Shown piece by piece: positions 55,688 through 64,000 of a stretch of DNA of 64,000 bases (positions are counted from its first letter, which is position 1; each line of letters opens with the position of its first letter). Source of the DNA: Bryobacterales bacterium (GTDB lineage: Bacteria > Acidobacteriota > Terriglobia > Bryobacterales > UBA6623); the NCBI GenBank assembly GCA_963422375.2, contig OY729427.2:6430-70429 (forward strand), given 5' to 3'. The notes beneath the pieces are model-generated. The model was not told the origin of the DNA. It was given only the letters and a program-made list of their open reading frames with translations, and did no database searches. The position numbers were made by a program, and so were the translations under genes.

Positions 55688-58600
55688 TTAGCCCGGTCGC
55701 AACGGGTGCTCGCGCCGGTTCAGGAATTGCGGGCTTGCGACGACCGTCTCGACCAAGGCCGCGACGCGGTGCCCGCTCGCGGCCAGATTCGCCTTCATCC
55801 GCTCGATGAGAGGCTCGTCGGACAGTTTCAGGGACCGACTCAAGGCGAAAGCCAACAGCTTCCTGCTTAGATTGTCGAGAAAGTCGCCCTCCCGACGCTC
55901 CCGGATGTAGCGTAGCACCCCGGCCAAGCCCGCCCCCGTGGATCCGTCGGGAAACACCGCCGCCGTGTCGACGGGGCGGCCCGCCAAGTCCTCGGAACGG
56001 GTCTCGCCAACCGGACCGTAGGCCTCGAATGCCAGTCCGAACGAATCGAACCGGGAGTGGCACGAGCTGCAGGCCGGGCTTGCCCGGTGCCTCGCTAGCA
56101 TGTCCCGCAGTGGCGCCTCCGACTTCGACTCGTCTTCCGGGAGTTCCGGCACCTCTGGAGGAGGCGGGGGAATCGTCTCGCCCAGCACCCGGCGCACTAG
56201 CCAGTAGCCCCGCTGCACGGGGCTGGTACGCAGCCCGGGAGAGTTTTTGGTCAGGAAGACCGACATCGGCAGCAGACCGCCGCGCCCGAAGCGGCGCGCG
56301 TCGTCGATCCGCATCCAGCGGCCCGCGCCGCCTTGCGCGCCTGGCATTCCGTAGTGCCTCGCCAAGACCGCATCAACGAAGGTGTGCTTGCCGTAAAGCA
56401 GGTCAAGCACGGTGCCGTTGTTTCGAATCATGTCCGTGACGAAACGGACCGGCTCCTCGAACATCGAGCGGCGGAGGTCGTGGTCGAAGCTGGGAAACCG
56501 CTGGCGGTCTACTGCGTTGTGCTGCTCGAACCGGCGGAAGTCAAGCCAGGGGCCGGCAAACTCCGTCGCAAGTCCTCGCGCCCGATCATCGCGCAACATT
56601 CGCCGGACCTCGCCCACTAGGACCGCGGTGCTCTGCAGCGCTCCGGCACGGGCCTGCGCGAGCAGCCGGTCGTCCGGCATGCTGGACCACAGGAAATAGC
56701 TGAGCCGACTCGCAAGCGCGTAGGCAGACAGCGGCCGGGCGTTGCTCGGAGACCTGTCGCTCGACAAACTCCGGGTCCCGGAGAAGTCGTCCAGCAGGTC
56801 CATGCGGTAGCAGAAGTCGGGCGCCATCAGCACGCTGACAACCGAGTCGCGGATAGCCTCCTCGTGGGTGAGTCCATTCTGCTCGATCAGGTCGCGGTAG
56901 TAGCCAAGCAGGCCGTCCCGCTCGGAATCGGCCAGCGGCCGCCGATAGGCGCGCTCCGCGAACTCGAGCAGGGCCTCGCGGTGGCGGGGCTTGGCGTCCG
57001 CGCGCATCCGCTCCACGGCTCGCATCGCCTTGTCCATCTGCTGGAAGTGATGGCGGATCGCCTCCGGCGCCGCAGGATCGCTGGTTTCGTCAGCGCGGAC
57101 CTTGGCGAGATAGGCGTCCATTAGGTCGGCCACGACGGGCGAGGCGCTGACTTCCTCGTCGGAAGGGCGTTCGGTACCGGACTCGCGCCCCTTTCCTTGA
57201 ACTTCGCCGCTTTGGTTGAAGTAGTACTGGATCCACGTCCTCTTGGTGAAGTCGGCGATGAAGTCGAACTCGTCCCAGAGACGGTCCAGCTCGGCCTTAT
57301 CGCGGTCGTCGAGGATCATCTGCACTAGCGGCGTGTCGTCGCGGAAGAACCCCATGACGTTGTGGAAACCCGCGCTAAGCAGTCGCCCTTTGTCCTCGGA
57401 GACATCCGGATAAAAGCGCCCGCGCTCGCGAATGTAGAAGGTGTCGGGAAAGACGGAGCTGAAACGCGCGAAAGCCGCTTCGTAGCGCTCGCGCTGTCCG
57501 TCGGGAACCACCAGTTCCGCGGCGGCGGCCCTAGCCTGGAGGGCGAGCGCCGCCCCACGGGCCTCGGCGTTGCGGCCGAGCCCGGTCCCGATTCGCTTGG
57601 GGATCTCGCCTGACTCCAGTGGAGGATCACTCGCCATCCGCAGCGCATTGCGATCGAATTCCCTGCGGTGGGAAGCAAACTGCCGCAGCTTCCAATTCAT
57701 CAGCGGCTGGGAGGTAGCGGCCAAACCTTCCACATGCGGGGAGACGAACTGCTTCGCGACGAGCCTTCGAATCCTGACCACGAAGTCGCGCATCGCGCGC
57801 GAAGCGACCGGGAAGAGACCTCGCTCGCCTCAGGCAGCGCGCGCCACATGGCGCGGAGCTCGGCCAGGGGCCCGAAGTCGTCTTCCGAGCCTTCCAGCAG
57901 CTGCCAGACCGTCGGAAGGTATCCCGAGCTGACCCTCGCCTTCCTAGCGACGTCGGCCATGCTGTCGCCGGGACTGCCTAGTGCAGCCCGGTGCTTGAAG
58001 CGCCAGGCGGCCTCGAAGTACTCCGCGAAATCTGTCGGCTGGCGATCGTAGAATTCCACGATCCGCCGGATCGCGTATTTCTCGCGGTCCGTGACGACAA
58101 CCATCGGATGGGGCGCGAAGCCGAAGCCGTCCGGCGTGAGGACCAAGTGCTCACCGACTTCGCGGGCTGCCTGCAAGTACTTGGCCAGCAGCGCCGGGGA
58201 CATCAAGAGGGACTCGCCGGAATTGTCAAACCCTGCCGGATTCGCGGGGTCAACGGGAAACTCCCTGGCGGGGCGGATGTCGACTCCCGTCAGGTCCCGC
58301 ACGGTGTAGTTGTATTCGGCATTGCTCAGCCGGCGTACCAGAACGGGACCGGGATCGCCGGACTGCCGGCGCGCCACTTCATCCCGGAGCGATTCGATCC
58401 AAGCGATCACTTGACGACGCACAGGCCGGTCGGGCTGGGGAGCCGACTTCGGCGGCATTTCGCCCGCGGCAAGCCTCTCTAGAATCAACGCCCAGTGCCG
58501 GTGGTCGCTCACAACCGCGTCCACCGACGCATATGCCTCAACGCTGAACTGCGCGACGGGACTGGCACCGCCGTGGCAGCCGACGCAATACTGGCCGAGG

Positions 58601-58716
58601 AACGGGCGGACTTCGCTCTCGAACTGGCGCTCGAGGGCGGCTTCCGCGGCAACGGCAGGCGAAGCGAGCAGGAGAACCGACGCGACGAGGACCAGTGAGA
58701 AGTGGCGACTCGACAT
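55688..58716 (-). pseudogene. DUF1592/DUF1595/DUF1588/DUF1587/DUF1585-type 'Planctomycete cytochrome' protein, one frameshift near 57800-57840
   Basis: N-terminal part: MSSRHFSLVLVASVLLLASPAVA...YCVGCHGG...RRLSNAEYNYTVRDLTG... (track ORF 57700..58878). It continues in another frame as ...MRDFVVRIRRLVAKQF...ACSSCHSRFDSFG...QFLNRRE (55688..57793). Confidence 0.8.
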
Positions 58717-58889
58717 CAAGCCATATGCGCCTGGCGCCTGATCGCCAGGAACGGCCCGGAAGCTTCCAAGCTGCCAACAGCGTATCACCGCCGTAGCGAG
58801 CGCGGGCCGACCAGGCCGGGCGCGAAACGGTCGAGAATACAGCGGGCAACGTTGACTGTAGATCCAAGCGCGTGGCATCGTTGCGCGCC

Positions 58890-59116
58890 CACGGCAGGGG
58901 ATGATGCACCACCGTCCTTCCGGCGAGCGACTGGCTGACGGACCCGAGCAGCGAGAGCATCTGCGAGCCCGCCGGAATCCAGCGCCCCGGCTCGGGGTCC
59001 GCGTCGACTAGGCCCTGCAGGTACGGGGGAAGATCCGGCACGCGCCGGACTTCGTCCAGCTCCGCACCGCCTGGAAACTGCGCGAGAAAGACTCGCGGAT
59101 CCTCGACCGAGAACGA
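58890..59116 (-). pseudogene. Fragment of an AAA ATPase (DUF4143-type)
   Basis: ...VEDPRVFLAQFPGGAELDEVRRVPDLPPYLQGLVDADPEPGRWIPAGSQMLSLLGSVSQSLAGRTVV... matches the central block of that family from memory. No N- or C-terminal parts are present. Confidence 0.4.
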
Positions 59117-59421
59117 TCAAAGGTCCGGGGCCTCCAATCTGACGTATGGGATGGTCCGGAAACAACGCAGGGCAAAGCGTCGTCTGGCCGCTCTGGCGAG
59201 CGTGACGGAAGGAAACCGGCGGGCCGCGTCCGGGAGCCAGGTCGCGGACCGCCATCATCAGATACATGGTGGCCCGCGGATCTGGCGGATACAAGATGGG
59301 ACTTGTGTTTGGCCGGAAGACCCATTCGCACGAGGTTTCGCCGACCAGACACGCGGCCACGGCGCATTGCGCGTTACTGGGACCAAGATCGCTTGACACC
59401 AACCGAAGAGGCGTCCTCACA

Positions 59422-60915
59422 ATGAACAGCATGCCCCGGATGCTCTGGTCTTCGGTCGCGGCGCTCGCGCTTCTCGCCCGGTGCGCCGCGCCGGCCCCGC
59501 CCGACCGCCCTAACGTCGTCTTTTTCCTCGCCGACGACCTCGGCTGGAAGGACCTCGGCTGTTACGGAAGCCCGTTCTACGAGACGCCTCACATCGACGG
59601 ACTCGCTGCCTCCGGCGCAAGGTTCACGCAAGCCTACGCGGCTTGCCCGGTCTGCTCGCCGACCCGCGCAAGCATCATGACTGGCAAGTACCCGGTGCGC
59701 GTCCGCTTGACCGACTACATCAGCCCGTCCGGAGGCAACCAGCCGGAAAAATGGGGTCGCAACACTGTGATGCTGCCGTCGGCGTACTCCGACCGCATGC
59801 CATTAGAGGAGGTAACCCTAGCCGAAGCGCTCAAGGAAGCCGGCTACGCCACGTTCTTCGGCGGGAAGTGGCACCTCGGACCGGAGGGATTCTGGCCAGA
59901 GGACCAAGGCTTCGCCGTCAACAAGGGAGGTTGGGAGCACGGCGGGCCGTGGGGCGGCAGGAACTACTTCTCGCCCTACGAGAACCCAAACCTGACAGAT
60001 GGGCCTCCCGGGGAGTTCCTGCCACAGCGGCTGGCAAGAGAAACTGCCAGCTTCATTGCCGACCATCGCGACCAGCCCTTCCTCGCCTATCTCTCGTTCT
60101 ATTCCGTCCACACGCCGCTCATGACTACCGACGAGCTGGAAGCGAAGTACTCCGGCAAGTCCGCCAAGCTTGCGTTTTCCGGCCCGCGCTGGACCACCGA
60201 GGGCTTCCGCGAGGCTCGCCAAGTGCAGGATCACGCCGTGTACGGCGGCATGGTCGAAGCGCTCGACTCGGCGGTCGGCATGGTGCTGCAGGCAATCTCC
60301 GAAAACGGCTTGGACGACCGGACCGTGGTGGTCTTCATGTCGGACAACGGCGGGCTGAGCACATCCGAAGGCTCTCCCACTTCGAATCTTCCCCTACGAG
60401 GGGGCAAGGGCTGGATGTATGAGGGCGGAATCCGGGAGCCGATGATCATTCGCGCACCGGGGGTGTCGCGGCCAGGGGCGGTGATCCGATCCCCCGTGAC
60501 CAGCACCGATTTCTACCCGACTCTCTTGGAGCTCACCAACCTCCCGGCGCGCCCCGACCAGCACATCGACGGCGAGAGCATGGTCCCGCTCCTGCTCGGC
60601 CAGTCGGCCAACCGCGCACCGCTCTTTTGGCACTACCCGCATTACGGCAACCAAGGGGGCGCTCCGAGCGCGGCTGTCCGGGACGGGAACTGGAAGCTGA
60701 TCAAGTGGTATGAAGACGGAGCGACCGAACTCTATGATTTGGATAGAGGCCCGGCCGAGCGCTACGATTTGGCCAAGACGCATCCGGACATAGCGGACGC
60801 TCTGGCCCAGCAGCTTGACAATTGGCTCAACGAAGTCGATGCGAACATGCCGTCTGTCAACTCCGACTACAAGGCGGATCGGCCATCGGGGCGACTTCCT
60901 CCGGACCGGCGCTGA
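59422..60915 (+). CDS. Sulfatase (formylglycine-dependent)
   Basis: MNSMPRMLWSSVAALALLARCAA signal, then PNVVFFLADDLGWKDLGCYG, the CSPTR motif and ...FMSDNGG... Confidence 0.9.
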   Translation: MNSMPRMLWSSVAALALLARCAAPAPPDRPNVVFFLADDLGWKDLGCYGSPFYETPHIDGLAASGARFTQAYAACPVCSPTRASIMTGKYPVRVRLTDYISPSGGNQPEKWGRNTVMLPSAYSDRMPLEEVTLAEALKEAGYATFFGGKWHLGPEGFWPEDQGFAVNKGGWEHGGPWGGRNYFSPYENPNLTDGPPGEFLPQRLARETASFIADHRDQPFLAYLSFYSVHTPLMTTDELEAKYSGKSAKLAFSGPRWTTEGFREARQVQDHAVYGGMVEALDSAVGMVLQAISENGLDDRTVVVFMSDNGGLSTSEGSPTSNLPLRGGKGWMYEGGIREPMIIRAPGVSRPGAVIRSPVTSTDFYPTLLELTNLPARPDQHIDGESMVPLLLGQSANRAPLFWHYPHYGNQGGAPSAAVRDGNWKLIKWYEDGATELYDLDRGPAERYDLAKTHPDIADALAQQLDNWLNEVDANMPSVNSDYKADRPSGRLPPDRR

Positions 60916-60988
60916 ACGGCTTGAAGGGCAGACTTCCATAGGACCGAGTCGGACTCAGCTAGCAGACGAACCAGACGTCCCCGCACGG

Positions 60989-61132
60989 CTAACGGTCGAC
61001 CGAGGCTCGCAAAGGGAGGCCCTGTCTGCCCAAGCGCGCCGGAGGATGCAAGTTGATCTTGCGATCGCCGAGATGGACGAGGCGCATTTCCTCTCTCGTG
61101 AGTCGCGAATCCGTGAGACCAATGGTTTCAAT
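60989..61132 (-). pseudogene. Possible C-terminal fragment of a VOC/glyoxalase-family gene truncated by IS1595 copy 2
   Basis: ...EEMRLVHLGDRKINLHPPARLG... resembles the ..FG.QKINLH.. block of VOC proteins. Confidence 0.35.
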
Positions 61133-61503
61133 GGGGAATTATATATCTGAGTGCCGACAACGCCATGTTCGACGAGAACTGCTGTGATCAGGGAGGTCGG
61201 CGTCTGGCTCCGGTCATTCGAATGCGGCCGCGGTAGGCACGGAAAAGTGGGATCGTATCTGAATCGAACCTGCCAGCGGAATGGACGAGGCACGGATAAG
61301 AGAGGCCCCCTCGCATGCCCCGGTGGAATCCGGTTGGCGGTGGAGGGCACCCCTTGCAAGCCGCTTGCGTGCCCTGCGAGGGCCGAAGACAGCGGCTCCC
61401 CGGCGCTCGACGGCCTGCATGGACGGTCCGGGCCGGACTCGGGTCGCGCCGGGGGATTCCGGATCCGGCGCGCCCCTCGCACCGAGCGTGAAGCGCATCG
61501 AGC

Positions 61504-62349
61504 GTGAAGAGTGCGTCGGCAGCCCCCCACTGCCGCGGCTCCAGCGTGCAGTCCGGCACGGCCCACCCTTCGATGCCGTACCGTTGCCGCGGCTGCGGCA
61601 AGCGCTTTTCGGTGCGCACCGGCAGCGTGATGGCCGACACCAAGCTCGGCTACCGCACCTGGGCCGTCGCCCTGTTCCTGCTAACCACCGGCATAAAGGG
61701 CGTCTCCAGCATGAAGCTGCACCGCGACCCGGGCATCAGCCGGAAGTCGGCCTGGCACCTCGCGCACCGCATCCGCGCGTGCCGGGAGCGGGATCGGGGC
61801 CTGTTCGCCGGCCCGGTGGAGGTGGACGAGACGTACGTCGGCGGCAAGGAGCGCAACCAGCACGAGAGGAAGAAGGCCCGCGCCGGGCGCGGGCCCGTCG
61901 GCAAGACGTCCGTGGCGGGCGCGCGGGACCGCGCCACGAACGCAGCGGCCGCGCAGCCGCTGCCGGGTACGACCAAGGGCGACCTGCAGGGCTTCGTGCG
62001 CGGCCGGGTCGCGCCGGGCGCGCAGGTCCGCTCCGACGAGGCGGCGGCCTACGCCGGCATAGCGGAGTTCCCGCACGAGGGTGTCCAGCACTCCGGCGGC
62101 GAGTACGTGCGCGGGGCGGCGCATACGAACGGCATCGAGTCGTTTTGGTCCCTGTGCAAGCGCGGCCTGTACGGCACCTATCACCGGATGAGCGTCCGTC
62201 ATCCGGGTCGCTACCTCACGCAGTTCGCGGGACGGTGCAACGACCGCGACTGCGACACGGCGGAACGGATGCGGCGCATGGCGCGGGGCCTGGTCGGCCG
62301 GACGCTGACCTACCGGCAGCTGACCGGCAAGGCCGCGGTCTCGGCCTGA
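61504..62349 (+). pseudogene. IS1595-family transposase lacking its native N-terminus/promoter
   Basis: Homologous to 42532..43398 from ...CRGSSVQS... onward. It keeps the ~30-aa segment RGPVGKTSVAGARDRATNAAAAQPLPGTTKG that is missing in copy 1. The first ~45 codons and the promoter are replaced by the inverted right arm. Confidence 0.7.
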
Positions 62350-62764
62350 GCGGCGCCCTCCGAGCTGAGCGCGGCAGCCCGCTGCGGACGCGCTCTTCAC
62401 GCTCGGTGCGCTTCACGCTCGGTACGAGGGGCGCACCGGATCCGGAATGCCCCGGTGCGACCCCGGTCCGGCCCGGACCGTCCATGCAGGCCGTCAAGCG
62501 CCGGGGATCCGCTGTCTTCGGCCCTCGGAGGGCACGCAAGCGGCCTGCAAGGGGTGCCCTCCACCGCAAACCGGATTCCACCGGGGCATGCGAGGGGGCC
62601 TCTCTAATCCGTGCCTCGTCAATTCCGCGGGCAGGTTCGATTCAGATACGATCCCGCCTTGCTGTGCCTACCGCGGCCGCATTCGAATGACCCGAGCCAG
62701 ACGCCGACCTCCCTGATCACAGCAGTTTTCGTCGGACATGGCGTTGTCGGCACTCAGATATATA

Positions 62765-63019
62765 GTGCTTGTGACAAAACCCCTGAATTCTGGCCCGATC
62801 AGCATTTCATACTACATCCTGAGTTCGGATAGATCTCCAAACACAACATATAGGGCCCAAGGTCGGAAGTTGCTCAGACGCCAATCGCGAAGATTTCCGC
62901 GCTCTACCCAGAATCGCCAGGATTTCGGATTAGTCGTAGCATTCCAGCGAAATCTTCGCCTTGAGAGATTGGACCTAACGCCTTTGTTGTCAAGGGGATA
63001 CGAGTTTTTTCACGGGCAC
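62765..63019. mobile_element. 255-bp AT-rich MITE, copy 2 (inside the right IR of IS1595 copy 2)
   Basis: Same length as copy 1 with about a dozen substitutions. It is flanked by the 6-bp direct repeat TATATA (62759..62764, 63020..63025). Removing the MITE plus one repeat regenerates the IS end GATATATAATTCC. Confidence 0.7.
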
Positions 63020-63031
63020 TATATAATTCCC

Positions 63032-63797
63032 ATTCGAAACCTAGCACCGGCCGATGCGGATCCGATCCAGCGGGCCAAGCTCGCGGCGGTCATCGAGCAG
63101 GACAGCTTCCTGTCCGAAGCGCAAGGCGGGGACGAAGCCGTCGAATCCGCGATCCGGAACTACGAACTCGCGTACCGCATGCAGTCCTTGCTGCCGGACG
63201 TGCTGGATCTAAGCAGGGAGACAGCCGCCACGAAGCGCGCGTACGGGCTCGAGGCGGAGGAAGAGGAGGCGCGGCGCTATGCCACGCAGTGCCTCAGGGC
63301 GCGCCGTCTGATCGAAGCGGGCGTCCGGTTCGTGGAAATCACCTGCGCGGAGGTCTACGGAGGCAACAACGGCACCTGGGACCAGCACACCGACCTGAAG
63401 AAGGGTCACGAGGGCAACGCGAGGATCACCGACCGGCCCGTGGCGGCGCTGCTTGGCGACCTCAAGGCGCGCGGAATGCTTGACGAGACGCTGGTGGTGT
63501 GGGCCACGGAGTTCGGCCGCACGCCGGACATCGGCAACGGCGACGGGCGGGACCACCACGAGTCGGGATTCACGATTTGGATGGCGGGAGGCGGTGTGCG
63601 GAGGGGGCTGGTGTACGGCTATACGGACGAACTCGGGGTGCATGCCGTCGACAACGTAGTGTCCATTCACGACCTGCACGCAACGATTTTGCATCTCGTC
63701 GGGCTGGACCACGAGAGGCTGACCTACTCGCTTCGGCGGACGCGACATTTCACTGACCGACGTACATGGGAGGGTGGTCCGCGACTTGCTCGCATGA
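63032..63797 (+). pseudogene. 3' two-thirds of a DUF1501 (sulfatase-like) gene, 5'-truncated by the IS and frameshifted near 63730
   Basis: ...CLRARRLIEAGVRFVEITC...WDQHTDL...LVVWATEFGRTPD...GRDHHESGFTIWMAGGGVRRG...IHDLHATILHLVGLDHERLTY, then in another frame FGGRDISLTDVHGRVVRDLLA* (TGA 63795..63797). Confidence 0.75.
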
Positions 63798-63822
63798 GGG
63801 CCGGGCGGGCTCCTGCGGACCA

Positions 63823-63999
63823 CTATCGCGAGCGCCCGAAGATCTGGACGCGCTCTCCCTGAACCTCCGTTACGTACAGGCGGCCGCGCTGGTCGACGTC
63901 CATCAGGTGCGGCAGCTTGAGCGTCTCGGGATTCCCCCATTGCGCGGTCATCTCGCCATCTCCCAGCCGCAAGTGGCTGATCGTGTGGGCGTCACCGTC
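63823..63999 (-). CDS. C-terminal 58 codons of an NHL/beta-propeller-like protein; gene starts beyond the right edge
   Basis: Not in the ORF track. My translation is ...DGDAHTISHLRLGDGEMTAQWGNPETLKLPHLMDVDQRGRLYVTEVQGERVQIFGRSR*. The ..D..GRLYV.E....RVQ.F pattern is NHL-like. Confidence 0.4.
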   Translation of the reverse strand, partial: DGDAHTISHLRLGDGEMTAQWGNPETLKLPHLMDVDQRGRLYVTEVQGERVQIFGRSR

Positions 64000-64000
64000 C

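Larger units (their letters stand above)
61134..63031 (+). mobile_element. IS1595-family IS, copy 2: left end replaced by an inverted copy of its own right end; right end carries a MITE
   Basis: 61134..~61520 is the reverse complement (~93% by eye) of ~62381..62764 plus 63026..63031. There is no target duplication. Its flanks are gene fragments (VOC-like, DUF1501). Confidence 0.8.

Overview
High-GC (~70%) bacterial chromosomal segment. Gene content points to an Acidobacteria-like (Solibacter/Bryobacter-type) or PVC-like soil organism; this is inference from CarboxypepD_reg-type TonB receptors, a Soli_cterm-like tail, DUF1501/DUF1552/DUF1592 genes, a PVC-type heme-binding protein and sulfatases. 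(1) nt 1-14.8 kb is a minus-strand HK97-like siphovirus late-gene cluster. In transcription order it runs HNH, TerS, TerL, portal, protease and capsid, then the connectors, with a seven-gene membrane/lysis cassette embedded among them. The major tail gene, G/GT chaperones with a -1 slippery site, and a tape measure gene that runs off the left edge follow. The cluster abuts a 3' fragment of a TonB receptor gene, with no early or lysogeny genes in between. (2) 16-41 kb holds host genes: a frameshifted NHL-repeat gene, a propeller+PHP hydrolase, and a RecQ-helicase::PRTase fusion followed 5 nt later by a DprA-like gene, which is the most system-like unexplained module. It also holds a frameshifted PQQ sugar dehydrogenase, a large TonB receptor, a cytochrome c + PQQ alcohol dehydrogenase operon and a sulfatase. 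(3) 30-50 kb and 61-63 kb are IS-riddled, with four ISKra4-like copies, two IS1595-family copies (one nested in an ISKra4 copy, one rearranged to carry ~390-bp inverted arms) and two copies of a 255-bp AT-rich MITE. ISKra4 copies B and D delimit an 8.5-kb composite transposon. It has a perfect 8-bp target duplication and splits a PVC-type heme-binding gene; removing it restores the reading frame. (4) 50.4-53.2 kb is a lower-GC islet with a decaying cytosine-5 methyltransferase. (5) Many host genes carry single frameshifts, which means either real pseudogenisation or assembly indels. No rRNA, tRNA or CRISPR array was found. All calls come from reading and translating the sequence by eye; no database search was run.
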